Shown here in pieces: positions 27,915 to 37,211 of a stretch of DNA of 64,000 nt; the first letter of the stretch is position 1, and each line of letters starts with the position of its first letter. A program made the translations under genes and the position numbers. The stretch comes from Desulfosudaceae bacterium. Lineage in GTDB: Bacteria; Desulfobacterota; Desulfobacteria; Desulfobacterales; Desulfosudaceae. The stretch is taken from assembly GCA_963674745.2 (NCBI GenBank), contig CAXXDV010000001.1, positions 32,001-96,000 on the forward strand. The letters run 5' to 3'. The notes beneath the pieces are model-generated. The model ran no database searches. It was not told the origin of the DNA and saw only the letters and a program-made list of their open reading frames with translations.

Positions 27915-29111
27915 ATGAAAATACTCTATTACGAATGTTTCTCCGGAATAAGCGGCGACATGAACCTTGGCGCCATGGTTGATCTTGGTGTTGATCAGAG
28001 ATATCTGGTTCAAGAATTAAACAAGCTCCAGCTGTCCGGATACAAGGTTGAATTTTCCCGGGAAAAGAAAAAAGGCATCGAGGGCACACGGGCTCATGTC
28101 ATTCTTGAGAACAAACACCGTCATGGACATAATGACGCGCATCGGAACCTTGAAAAAATCAATACCATTATTGAAACCTCAAATCTTTCTGATGCCGTTA
28201 AAGTACTCAGTAAAAAGATATTTCGCGCAGTGGCTGAGGCCGAAGCAAAAGTTCATGGAACGACCATCGACAAAGTCCATTTCCATGAGGTCGGCGCTGT
28301 TGACTCAATCGTCGATATTGTCGGCGCCGCCATATGTTTTGACAGGCTCAAGGTTGATAAGGTTGTATGCACACCCATAGAACTGGGTGGTGGTTTCGTT
28401 CAATGCCGGCACGGCACCTTTCCGGTACCCGCCCCGGCGACTGTTGAAATATTAAAAAACATACCGGTTAAAACCGGCGCGGTTCAATTTGAAACGACAA
28501 CGCCTACCGGAGCCGCCATACTGGCAACCCTTGTCGACGAATATCTTGCTCAGGGATCTTTTACTTTTGAAAAAACCGGTTATGGTGTTGGATACCATGA
28601 TCTTGACATTCCCAATGTCCTCCGGGTGAGCCTCTGTTCTGATGCCACTGCCCTGAAAGATCTGCAATCACGAAAAGCCCTTGTCATTGAATGCAATATA
28701 GACGACATGAATCCGGAACATTATGACTTTGTTTTGAAGCGGCTCTTTGATGTCGGCGCGGACGATGTCTTTCTTACCCAGACCCAGATGAAAAAATCCC
28801 GTCCCGGTGTGCTTGTTTCGGTCGTTTGCCCCCTGGAGATAGAAGAGAAAGTCATCGAAACCCTCCTGGTGGAAACGACAACCCTTGGTGTTCGAAAATA
28901 TACGGTGGACAAACTGGCCATTAAACGGAATTACACCAAAGTCTCCACGGAATTTGGCGACATTACGGTTAAAACCGGTCATCTTGGCGGCAGGTGCATT
29001 AAAGCCAAACCGGAATATGAGGAGTGTAAAAAATCCGCCTTGTTGCACCATGTGCCCATACAGAGAGTTGTCGAAGAAGTACTCCGGCAATTCAACCACC
29101 AACGTCAATAA
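27915..29111 (+). CDS. larC: Nickel-pincer cofactor Ni insertase LarC
   Basis: GISGDM, His-rich loop, VHFHEVGAVDS, CNIDD and KPEYE motifs. Confidence 0.95.
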   Translation: MKILYYECFSGISGDMNLGAMVDLGVDQRYLVQELNKLQLSGYKVEFSREKKKGIEGTRAHVILENKHRHGHNDAHRNLEKINTIIETSNLSDAVKVLSKKIFRAVAEAEAKVHGTTIDKVHFHEVGAVDSIVDIVGAAICFDRLKVDKVVCTPIELGGGFVQCRHGTFPVPAPATVEILKNIPVKTGAVQFETTTPTGAAILATLVDEYLAQGSFTFEKTGYGVGYHDLDIPNVLRVSLCSDATALKDLQSRKALVIECNIDDMNPEHYDFVLKRLFDVGADDVFLTQTQMKKSRPGVLVSVVCPLEIEEKVIETLLVETTTLGVRKYTVDKLAIKRNYTKVSTEFGDITVKTGHLGGRCIKAKPEYEECKKSALLHHVPIQRVVEEVLRQFNHQRQ

Positions 29112-29124
29112 TTCAGGAGAAACG

Positions 29125-29871
29125 ATGAATGCCGAGCAGATAAAAGCCCTTCTGGAACAGGTCAAATCCGGTAAAACAGCAGTAGATGCCGCTTTTGAAC
29201 GATTAAAAACCCTTCCCTATGAAGATCTCGGGCATTCAAAAATCGATCATCATCGCCAGGTGAGGTCCGGATATCCGGAGGTTATTTATTGCCAGGGGAA
29301 AACAAAAGACCAAATTGCCGATATCGTAAAGTGCATGCTTGACCGGGGAAGCAATATTCTGGCGACCAGGGCCTGTGAAAAAATGTATAACAAGGTGAAG
29401 GAATTAACGGATAAAGCGGTCTATCATCGTGTGGCCAGGATTATTGAGATCAAGCAGCAGGAAACGACCATTCCACAAACAACCATTGCTGTTGTTTCGG
29501 CAGGAACGTCTGACATTCCTGTTGCGGAAGAGGCCGCCGTTACCGCAGAAGCATTGGGCAACAAGGTTGACCGGACCTATGATGTCGGTGTGGCAGGGAT
29601 TCATCGCCTTATGGGTCATATCGGTTTGATCCGAAAAGCACGGGTCATTGTTGTTTGTGCCGGCATGGAGGGCGCTCTGGCCAGTGTTGTCGGCGGGCTT
29701 GTAGACAAACCGATCATTGCGGTTCCCACCAGCATTGGATACGGCGCGAACTTTGGCGGCATTTCCGCCTTACTGGGCATGCTTACCAGTTGTGCCAATG
29801 GCATCAGCGTCGTCAATATCGACAATGGCTTCGGGGCCGGATATGTCGCCAGCATGATCAACAAGCTTTAA
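29125..29871 (+). CDS. larB: Nickel-pincer cofactor biosynthesis protein LarB
   Basis: AGGAG RBS, ATG at 29125. DHHR, AGTSDIPVAEEA, DVGVAG and VNIDNGFGA motifs. Confidence 0.95.
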   Translation: MNAEQIKALLEQVKSGKTAVDAAFERLKTLPYEDLGHSKIDHHRQVRSGYPEVIYCQGKTKDQIADIVKCMLDRGSNILATRACEKMYNKVKELTDKAVYHRVARIIEIKQQETTIPQTTIAVVSAGTSDIPVAEEAAVTAEALGNKVDRTYDVGVAGIHRLMGHIGLIRKARVIVVCAGMEGALASVVGGLVDKPIIAVPTSIGYGANFGGISALLGMLTSCANGISVVNIDNGFGAGYVASMINKL

Positions 29872-29876
29872 ACGCA

Positions 29877-31727
29877 TCAGGCGTGGGCCGCCAGCGGAGC
29901 GCCGGCACCCCGTCGATCATGCACCTTCCGCCCGTGGGCGGACAGAATGGTTTTTCTCAAACGAATGCTTTTCGGGGTCACCTCGATCATTTCATCGTCG
30001 CTGATGAAGCGAATGGCTTTTTCCAGGGTCATTGTCGGCACCGGGGTAAGGGTGACAGCCTCATCCTTGCCCGAAGCCCTCATGTTGGTCAGCTGCTTGG
30101 TTTTGCAGGGGTTGACGTTTAAATCCGTGTCCCGGTTGTATTCCCCGACAATCAGGCCTTCATATACAACATCCCCGGGGCGGACAAAAAGAATCCCCCG
30201 GGCTTCCAGGTTAAACAGGGCAAAGGCCACGGCTTTGCCTGAACGGTCTGAGACCAGGCTGCCGGTAAACCGGCCGGGAAAGTCTCCCCGATAGGGTTCA
30301 TAACCGGAAAAAGCGGTGTTAATGATACCGGTGCCTCGTGTATCGGTTAAGAACTCGTCCCGAAAGCCGATCAACGCCCGGGAGGGAACGGAAAACACCA
30401 GCCGGATGCGGTCATCGTCCTGCCGTTCCATACCGACCAGGCTGCCTTTTTTCTGAAGCAGTTTTTCAGTTACGATGCCGCTGTAAGCGGCCTCACAATC
30501 GATCAGCAGGTCTTCAACAGGCTCTAATCGACGACCATCCTGATATTTATAAATCACCTGGGGACGGCCCACGCAAAGTTCGAATCCTTCCCGGCGCATG
30601 GTTTCAATCAGGATGGCCATCTGGAATTCACCCCGCCCCTTGACGATAAAACTTTCCTTGTCTTCGGCGGCTTCCACCTGCATGGAGACGTTCATGAGGG
30701 TTTCCTTGACCAGACGGGCGTGAATCTTGCTGGACTGCACCAGTTTCCCCTCATGACCGGCCAACGGAGAGGTGTTGGCGGCAAACCGCATGAACACCGT
30801 GGGGTCATCTACCCGGATCCGGGGCAACGGATCGGGGCTTTCGTCGGTACAGATGGTATCACCGATATGCACGTCTTCTATGCCGGACATGACAATGATG
30901 TCACCGGCCCTGGCTTCCGAGGTGTTCTGCAGCCCCGGGCCATTGTATACCTGAAGCTGGGACACTTTTAACGGGATCTGGCCGCCGTCTTCATGAATGC
31001 AGACCAGGTTTTTTCTGGATGTCACCGAACCGTTGACCACCTTTCCAATGGCCAGGCGCCCCAGATAATCCGAGTAGCTCAGATCGGAGACCAGCATCTG
31101 GAACGGTGCTTCCGGATCAGCCGACGGCGCAGGGATCGCATCGATCATCATGTCCAGCAGCAGGTGAAGGTTTTCTCCATTGTCGGTCGGCGTTTTCATG
31201 GCAACCCCCTGCCGGCCGACGGCATACAGATAGGGGAACTCGATCTGCTCATCCGTCGCCCCGAGATCAATGAGCAGGCTGTAAATTTCTTCCAGGACTT
31301 CCGCGGGCCGGGCATCACCACGGTCGATCTTGTTAATGACCACAATAATTTTAAGATCGTTTTTCAATGCCTTGTCCAGCACAAACCGGGTCTGGGGCAA
31401 GGGGCCTTCGGAGGCATCGACCAGAAGAATAGCGCCGTCAGCCATGGAGAGCGCCCGTTCCACTTCTCCGCCGAAATCGGCATGTCCGGGCGTATCAATA
31501 ATATTAATTTTAGTGTCTTTCCAGTTGATGGCGCAGTTTTTGGCGGCAATGGTAATCCCCCGCTCCCGCTCCAGATCCATGTTGTCCATCAGTCGTTCGT
31601 CAACCGTCTGCCCGTCCCGGAACAAGCCGCTCTGTTTGAACATGGCATCCACCAGTGTGGTTTTACCATGGTCAACATGGGCGATAATGGCGATATTCCG
31701 TATCCCTTTGTTTTTCATCGTTTTCAT
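29877..31727 (-). CDS. typA: Translational GTPase TypA/BipA
   Basis: AHVDHGKTT, DTPGHADFGGEVER and GRGE motifs, with the TypA C-terminus. Confidence 0.97.
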   Translation of the reverse strand: MKTMKNKGIRNIAIIAHVDHGKTTLVDAMFKQSGLFRDGQTVDERLMDNMDLERERGITIAAKNCAINWKDTKINIIDTPGHADFGGEVERALSMADGAILLVDASEGPLPQTRFVLDKALKNDLKIIVVINKIDRGDARPAEVLEEIYSLLIDLGATDEQIEFPYLYAVGRQGVAMKTPTDNGENLHLLLDMMIDAIPAPSADPEAPFQMLVSDLSYSDYLGRLAIGKVVNGSVTSRKNLVCIHEDGGQIPLKVSQLQVYNGPGLQNTSEARAGDIIVMSGIEDVHIGDTICTDESPDPLPRIRVDDPTVFMRFAANTSPLAGHEGKLVQSSKIHARLVKETLMNVSMQVEAAEDKESFIVKGRGEFQMAILIETMRREGFELCVGRPQVIYKYQDGRRLEPVEDLLIDCEAAYSGIVTEKLLQKKGSLVGMERQDDDRIRLVFSVPSRALIGFRDEFLTDTRGTGIINTAFSGYEPYRGDFPGRFTGSLVSDRSGKAVAFALFNLEARGILFVRPGDVVYEGLIVGEYNRDTDLNVNPCKTKQLTNMRASGKDEAVTLTPVPTMTLEKAIRFISDDEMIEVTPKSIRLRKTILSAHGRKVHDRRGAGAPLAAHA

Positions 31728-31753
31728 TCACAAAACCATTTATGTCTATGAGG

Positions 31754-31790
31754 AAAAACACAAAACCCGTCATACCTGTTATGACGGGTT
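31754..31790 (-). terminator. Terminator-like hairpin just upstream of typA
   Basis: AACCCGTCATA-N5-TATGACGGGTT followed on the minus strand by TTGTGTTTTT. Confidence 0.5.
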
Positions 31791-32020
31791 GTATTTAACC
31801 CACACCTTTTCTCATGGAAAAGGTCAAATTTTACAAGTTTTTGAGCTTTACGCTATTTTACTGGAAAAAGAAACGTTTTTCTGATGGACGGGCAGATTAA
31901 AAAAATCCGCCTTAAACTTTTTGGCGCCCGGCAACCGCCACATCATCTTATCCATTGCGGAATCTGCAACAGACCGGCACCAAGGCACCGCCTCATTGCC
32001 CGAAAAAGCCTGAAAAAACA

Positions 32021-32049
32021 TTGACATATAAAATCGACTGTGTTATAAA
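32021..32049 (+). promoter_or_regulatory. sigma70 promoter for the amidase-mamK unit
   Basis: TTGACA-17-TATAAA with extended -10 TG. Confidence 0.7.
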
Positions 32050-32074
32050 ATTTATGTTAAACATAATTTAGACA

Positions 32075-32190
32075 ACCGGCAGAATGACTGCAGCTCCGCG
32101 ACCTGAACCTTGCAGGTGTGGCCAAACGGCCTTAATCCAGGACAACTCGTGACAGATCCGGGTAAACTTTTTATTTTATTCTTTAATCTT
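32075..32190 (+). other. Candidate structured RNA leader (unassigned)
   Basis: GC-rich island in an AT-rich intergenic region. ACCTG/CAGGT and GGCC/GGCC hairpins, flanking CCGG arms, then a T-rich tract. Confidence 0.4.
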
Positions 32191-32242
32191 TATTTAAAAA
32201 TATGAACTAATTAATGATGGTAATGCGTTAAGTGGTTTTAAG

Positions 32243-33313
32243 ATGTTTTTCAGGCGCCAGCAAAATGTAAATGAAAAAGCGGCTATTCTTCGGGAGATCT
32301 ATTACGATAACCTGAAAATGGCCGGTAAACCGATTGCGGATCCCGGCACGGCCTCGATGTGGCGGGCCTTTATAAAACCGCTTCAGACACTGGCGGTGAT
32401 GCTGGTGGTGGCTTTGTTTCCCTTCTCGGAGCTTGACCCGGCACTTCATGTCAAAGAAAAGCGTTCTTTGCCCGTATTGTCTTCGTCTGTCGAGGCGGCA
32501 TTTAACATAGCACAGCAAGCTGGTGCAATGCCTGCCTGGGGTTATGTGCCTCCCGACAATCCGGATTTGGCGGATTACAGTCGTTTGCTTTCGGGAAACG
32601 ATAAGGTACGGTTGTCATCTCTGTTCGGACTTGGTGTTAAAACAATCGTTATCGATCCCGGCCATGGCGGCAGGGACCCCGGTGCCATAGGCGCAAGGGG
32701 CACGATGGAAAAAGATATTACCCTTGATGTGGCGCTGAAACTCAAATCAAGACTGATCGGGCTGGGCCTTTACAATGTGCTGCTCACCCGTGAAAAAGAC
32801 CATACCCTTTCACTGGCTGACAGGGTCCAATTTGCAAAAGACAACAAAGCGGACCTGTTTATTTCCGTTCATGTGAATTCACTTCCCAATGAACGGTTGA
32901 ATATTATTGAGACTTACTATTTTGGCGCGCCGCTGAATTCGGAAACGATTCGTCTGGCAGAACAGGAAAACAAAGAATCTCATTTTTCAGTAGGAGAGCT
33001 TGACGCGATTATCCAGGATTTCGGTAACACGTTAAAGCGGCAGGAATCGGCGAAACTGGCGACCGCTATTCAGACCAGTCTCTTTAAAAATCTTAAATAC
33101 CAGGATGCCCAGGTCCTGGATTTTGGTATCAAGATGGCGCCGTTTGTCGTTTTGTCCCAGATAGAAGTACCGAGTGTTTTGGTCGAGATATCATGCATAA
33201 CAAAAGCCAGGGAGGAAAAGAAACTGGCCTCTTCCAAATACCGCTCAAAAGTGGCATCTTTTATTGAAGAAGGCATTGTCGTTTATTTGGAAACTCAGGA
33301 TTTCAAATTATAA
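32243..33313 (+). CDS. Membrane-anchored N-acetylmuramoyl-L-alanine amidase (Amidase_3)
   Basis: IDPGHGGRDPGA, EKDITL, SVHVN and LVEISC Zn/catalytic motifs. Hydrophobic segment near residues 45-62. Confidence 0.93.
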   Translation: MFFRRQQNVNEKAAILREIYYDNLKMAGKPIADPGTASMWRAFIKPLQTLAVMLVVALFPFSELDPALHVKEKRSLPVLSSSVEAAFNIAQQAGAMPAWGYVPPDNPDLADYSRLLSGNDKVRLSSLFGLGVKTIVIDPGHGGRDPGAIGARGTMEKDITLDVALKLKSRLIGLGLYNVLLTREKDHTLSLADRVQFAKDNKADLFISVHVNSLPNERLNIIETYYFGAPLNSETIRLAEQENKESHFSVGELDAIIQDFGNTLKRQESAKLATAIQTSLFKNLKYQDAQVLDFGIKMAPFVVLSQIEVPSVLVEISCITKAREEKKLASSKYRSKVASFIEEGIVVYLETQDFKL

Positions 33314-33326
33314 GAGGAGAAAACAC

Positions 33327-34391
33327 ATGAATGAAAACAATCAGGCCCCGGACACCGCTGAAGAGACAAACGACAAGACTGAAAACACTGAGGTCCTTAA
33401 TATCGGTATTGATTTAGGTACTTCCAGAAGTGCCATATCGGCCAGCAATGGCAGCAAAATCTGGATTGAAAGCTTCGTCGGCTGGCCCAAGGACTTTATC
33501 GCGCAAAAAGTTCTGGGCAAACAAACCCTGTTCGGTGCAGAAGCGCTGGAAAACAGATTGTCACTGAAGATTTCCCGCCCCCTGGAACGGGGTGTCATCA
33601 AAGACGGTTCCGAGCACAGCAAAACGGCCGTGAAAGAGCTGGTCGGTCATTTAATCAAAATGGCTAAAAAAAGCAACAACTACACAAAAACCCGCGCCAT
33701 CGTCGGGGTACCGCCCGAATCTTTCAAGGTCAATAAAATGGCCATCAGGCAGCTTGTGGCCGATTTTGCCGACGCCATCATGGTGGTCTCCGAACCTTTC
33801 TCCGTGGCTTACGGGCTCAACGCCTTGAACAACGCCATGGTCATCGATATCGGTGCGGGAACCATGGATTTCTGTATCATGCGCGGAACAATGCCCTCTG
33901 ATGAAGAGCAAAAAACAATTCTAAACGCCGGTGATTTTATTGATCAGCAGCTTAAAACCTATTTGAGCGAACGTTACCCGAAAGCTGATTTCACGGATCA
34001 TATGGTTCGCCGTTTCAAGGAAGAGCACAGCTTTGTGGGAGAACCGGAAAAGAAAGTGATGGTGGAGATCCCCGTCGAAGGGAAGCCCACCATGCACGAT
34101 ATTACAGCTGAAATGCGCCGTTCCTGCGAAAGCATTTTACCGGGGCTGGAAGAAACCATGCTGGAAATGATTGCCGGTTTTGATCCGGAATTTCAGAAAA
34201 AGGTCCGGAACAATGTAATCCTGGCCGGCGGCGGCAGTCAGATCAAAGGTCTTCGGGAACACATTGAGGGCGTTCTCAAAGAATACGGTCCGTGCAATGT
34301 GCAAGTCATTTCCGACCCGCTTTTCGGCGGTGCCGACGGCGCCCTTGAGCTGGCCAAGGAAATGCCGGATGAATACTGGGAAAACAGTTAA
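33327..34391 (+). CDS. MamK-family actin-like ATPase
   Basis: GAGGAG RBS, ATG at 33327. GIDLGTS, VGWPKD, VVSEPF.VAYGL, DIGAGT, AGGGSQI and LAKEMP..YW match the MamK rather than the MreB pattern. Confidence 0.9.
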   Translation: MNENNQAPDTAEETNDKTENTEVLNIGIDLGTSRSAISASNGSKIWIESFVGWPKDFIAQKVLGKQTLFGAEALENRLSLKISRPLERGVIKDGSEHSKTAVKELVGHLIKMAKKSNNYTKTRAIVGVPPESFKVNKMAIRQLVADFADAIMVVSEPFSVAYGLNALNNAMVIDIGAGTMDFCIMRGTMPSDEEQKTILNAGDFIDQQLKTYLSERYPKADFTDHMVRRFKEEHSFVGEPEKKVMVEIPVEGKPTMHDITAEMRRSCESILPGLEETMLEMIAGFDPEFQKKVRNNVILAGGGSQIKGLREHIEGVLKEYGPCNVQVISDPLFGGADGALELAKEMPDEYWENS

Positions 34392-34454
34392 AGCGCATCT
34401 GATTTTCGGTTCTTAAGGGGTATCTCTAAAAGTTAGATTTGAGGGCTCGCACAC

Positions 34455-34520
34455 AGGGTTCAAGGATTCAAGGGGTCGAGGGGTCAAGTGTTCGTTGCGG
34501 TTCTTGACCCCTTGGCTCCT
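34455..34520. repeat. 8-nt-periodic inverted repeat element, copy A (overlaps the tilS 3' end)
   Basis: GGTTCAAG-GATTCAAG-GGGTCGAG-GGGTCAAG ... CTTGACCCCTTGGCTCCT. Confidence 0.75.
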
Positions 34521-35958
34521 TCTTAAAAATCATCGCCTTCAGCACCCGGGTGGTGCCCGGCCTAACCTTGACCGGATCAGCCGTGCGGTAACCGGCCAGC
34601 CAGATGATCTGTCCCCCTGAAGCAACCACCGGGCAGGCCCGGCGTTGCTTTCGGGGGATCTTGTTATTAATAAAAAAATCTTTGACCTTCTGGTGTCCCT
34701 TCATGCCCAGAGGAACAAAGCGATCTCCGGGCTGAATGTTTCTCACTGTCAGGGGAAAAACGAGTTTTTCCAGATCGAAATAAGCGACATCCGCCCGGCT
34801 CTCTTTAACGTTTCCGACAGCTTCAGGCAAGACAACGGTAAAATCTATTCTGACGCCGATGTCCGGGATTATTAACGAATCGTTTCCTGCTCCCTGATCA
34901 AGCACGTTCCGGGAAAAAACAGGCCCGGTCCCGGTTATCCCTTCGGCCCGGTCCGAAGCCGGCCCGAAAGCCAACCGGTCTCCGTCTTTGTCCACCACAA
35001 CACCATCGGTCATCTGTATCGTAACGGATTGGTCTTTATCAAGGCACCCGACGACCGCCTCAACCCGCTCAAAGGTGATCTTTAGCAGATCGCCCTTTAA
35101 GCTCGCCAGCGCTTTTCTGATCAGCCGCCGTTGGACAGCCCGCGGCTGCGCCGTCATCAGGGGAACAGAAAGCGTCACGCGGTGGCCTTTGCCCTTCAGC
35201 AGCATCCCGGCAAAAGCATCATCAATTAATGCCTCAAGCCACTCATCTTCCGCCCGAAAAATTTCAGCCAGACGGTTCAAATTTCCGGTCAGATTCGCAT
35301 TGTAGCCCCGCTGCAAACAGGGAATAAGCTCATGACGGACACGATTCCTCAAAAAGCCCGTGTCGTCATTGGTTTCATCGACAACAAATTCCAGGCCGGC
35401 TTTTTCGACCGCTGTTTTAATCTCGGCCCGGGTCAGGTTGATCAGCGGGCGGATGATTTTGCCCTCCCGGACAGGCGGGATACCGGACAGCCCGGTCCGG
35501 CCGCTGCCGCGCAGTAACCCCATCAATACCTGCTCGGCATTGTCGTCCGCATGATGCCCGGTGGCAATCTTGTCATAGCCCTGTGCGGCAGCCGTTCTGT
35601 CAAAAAAATCATACCGCACCCGCCGGGCGGCATCTTCTATGGAAAGCCGGTGCTTTTCCGCAAAACCAGGGATGTCAACGAGTTCCGCGTGAAACGACAA
35701 CCCGTATTCACCGGCCAGTTGCCTGACAAAGGCCATGTCTCCGTCGGCAGCGCTCCCTCTTAGACCGTGATTGAGATGTGCCACGCCGAGACGGGAAAGG
35801 GATAACCGTTCGGCCAGCCGGACCAGGCACCACAGCAGGGAGACCGAATCAATCCCCCCTGAAACGGCCACCAGAACCGATTGGCCGGGAAGGATCATGT
35901 GATGATCGGCCATGGTCCGGGCGACTTTTTTCAACATATCCTGGTTAAAATCCTTCAA
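34468..35958 (-). CDS. tilS: tRNA(Ile)-lysidine synthetase
   Basis: AVSGGIDS PP-loop, HHADDNAE, IRPL and RNRVRH motifs, with the TilS_C domain. Confidence 0.96.
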   Translation of the reverse strand: MKDFNQDMLKKVARTMADHHMILPGQSVLVAVSGGIDSVSLLWCLVRLAERLSLSRLGVAHLNHGLRGSAADGDMAFVRQLAGEYGLSFHAELVDIPGFAEKHRLSIEDAARRVRYDFFDRTAAAQGYDKIATGHHADDNAEQVLMGLLRGSGRTGLSGIPPVREGKIIRPLINLTRAEIKTAVEKAGLEFVVDETNDDTGFLRNRVRHELIPCLQRGYNANLTGNLNRLAEIFRAEDEWLEALIDDAFAGMLLKGKGHRVTLSVPLMTAQPRAVQRRLIRKALASLKGDLLKITFERVEAVVGCLDKDQSVTIQMTDGVVVDKDGDRLAFGPASDRAEGITGTGPVFSRNVLDQGAGNDSLIIPDIGVRIDFTVVLPEAVGNVKESRADVAYFDLEKLVFPLTVRNIQPGDRFVPLGMKGHQKVKDFFINNKIPRKQRRACPVVASGGQIIWLAGYRTADPVKVRPGTTRVLKAMIFKKEPRGQEPQRTLDPSTP

Positions 35959-36232
35959 CCGACTGGTCCTTTTAAATTAATCCCCCCGATACTATTATTC
36001 ACATTAGCCGAAGAGATCCGAAACCATCCCTGATGTCGGTTAAAATACCACGAATATCCGGCGATATTCAAACATTCTTCGACATATATCCGGCTTCTCA
36101 CGCCACATTTGATTTTCCAGTCCCATCAGGATATAGCATTGAAAACGAACCGGCCCCTGGACTTTGGATACACGGATATGGCGAAACGTGGCCCGAAACC
36201 CGGCACTGACCTGAAACCTGACGGGAGGCACG

Positions 36233-37138
36233 ATGAAAGACAAACTCAAAGCAATGGTGATGGCCTCTTTTGCCGCTGATTCTCTGGCACTTGGGGTCCA
36301 CTGGATCTACGACCCGAGAAAAATCGTGTCGGATTTCGGCCGGGTTGAGGCCTTCCTGGCCCCGGATCCCCGGTCTTACCACAACACCAAAAGCAAGGGC
36401 GATTTTACCCATTACGGGGACCAGATGCTGGTCTTGCTGGCGTCACTGGCAGAAACCGGACGCTTTGATCTGGCCGATTTTTCACGGCGCTGGCGAAAAT
36501 TATTCGCCGGTTATAATGGATACATTGACAGTGCCACGCGCGTCACCCTGACCAACTATGAACGAGGCCGGTCACCGGAAGAAGCGGGGTCGGCCTCCGA
36601 CGACCTGGCCGGCGCCGCCCGGATCGCACCGCTGGTCTACCTTTTGAAAGATGATCCGGAAGCCCTTGCCCAAAGTGCTAAAGACCAGACACGCATGACC
36701 CACACCGACCCGGCGACGGTTGAAGCGGCTGAATATTTTGCCCTGGTCACACGGACCGTGGTCATGGGGACATCACCGGTTGACGCCATGAAGCAGGTGG
36801 CGGAAGACCGTTTTGACATCTCCCCGGTATCGGCCTGGCTGCAGAAAGGGCTGGCAACCCTGGAGCTGGACAGCGTTGACGTGGTCAACAATTTCGGCAG
36901 CAGTTGCCATACCGGCGAAATGTTTCCGGGCGTCATCCACCTGATTGCAAAACATGAAACCGATTTAAAAGAAGGCCTGGTACAATGCATGATGGCAGGC
37001 GGAGACAACGCGGCCCGGGGCGCCCTGGTCGGTATGGTGCTGGGTGCCCATCTGGGTCTGGAACACCTGCCCGGTGAGTGGCTCAATGAAATGACCGCCG
37101 GAGACAGAATAAAAGACCTGCTGAAAAAAATTTCCTGA
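36233..37138 (+). CDS. ADP-ribosylglycohydrolase family protein
   Basis: ADSLALGVHWIYD, THYGDQ, MTH and GGDNAARG motifs. Confidence 0.9.
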   Translation: MKDKLKAMVMASFAADSLALGVHWIYDPRKIVSDFGRVEAFLAPDPRSYHNTKSKGDFTHYGDQMLVLLASLAETGRFDLADFSRRWRKLFAGYNGYIDSATRVTLTNYERGRSPEEAGSASDDLAGAARIAPLVYLLKDDPEALAQSAKDQTRMTHTDPATVEAAEYFALVTRTVVMGTSPVDAMKQVAEDRFDISPVSAWLQKGLATLELDSVDVVNNFGSSCHTGEMFPGVIHLIAKHETDLKEGLVQCMMAGGDNAARGALVGMVLGAHLGLEHLPGEWLNEMTAGDRIKDLLKKIS

Positions 37139-37177
37139 CGATATATCGATTTTACACGAACCGGACAAATATTTCCC

Positions 37178-37205
37178 TTGAAACATATCAAACGGGTGTT
37201 ATAAT
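37178..37205 (+). promoter_or_regulatory. sigma70 promoter of the SRP RNA
   Basis: TTGAAA-16-TATAAT with extended -10, about 6 nt upstream of the RNA 5' stem. Confidence 0.75.
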
Positions 37206-37211
37206 CTGGCC

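Noticed and set aside
33327..34391. Magnetosome island or canonical mreB
   Set aside because: No other mam/mad/mms genes and no mreCD/rodA in the window. Flanks are housekeeping genes.
34412..34450. Possible IS terminal repeat after the actin gene
   Set aside because: No partner end, target duplication or transposase is visible.
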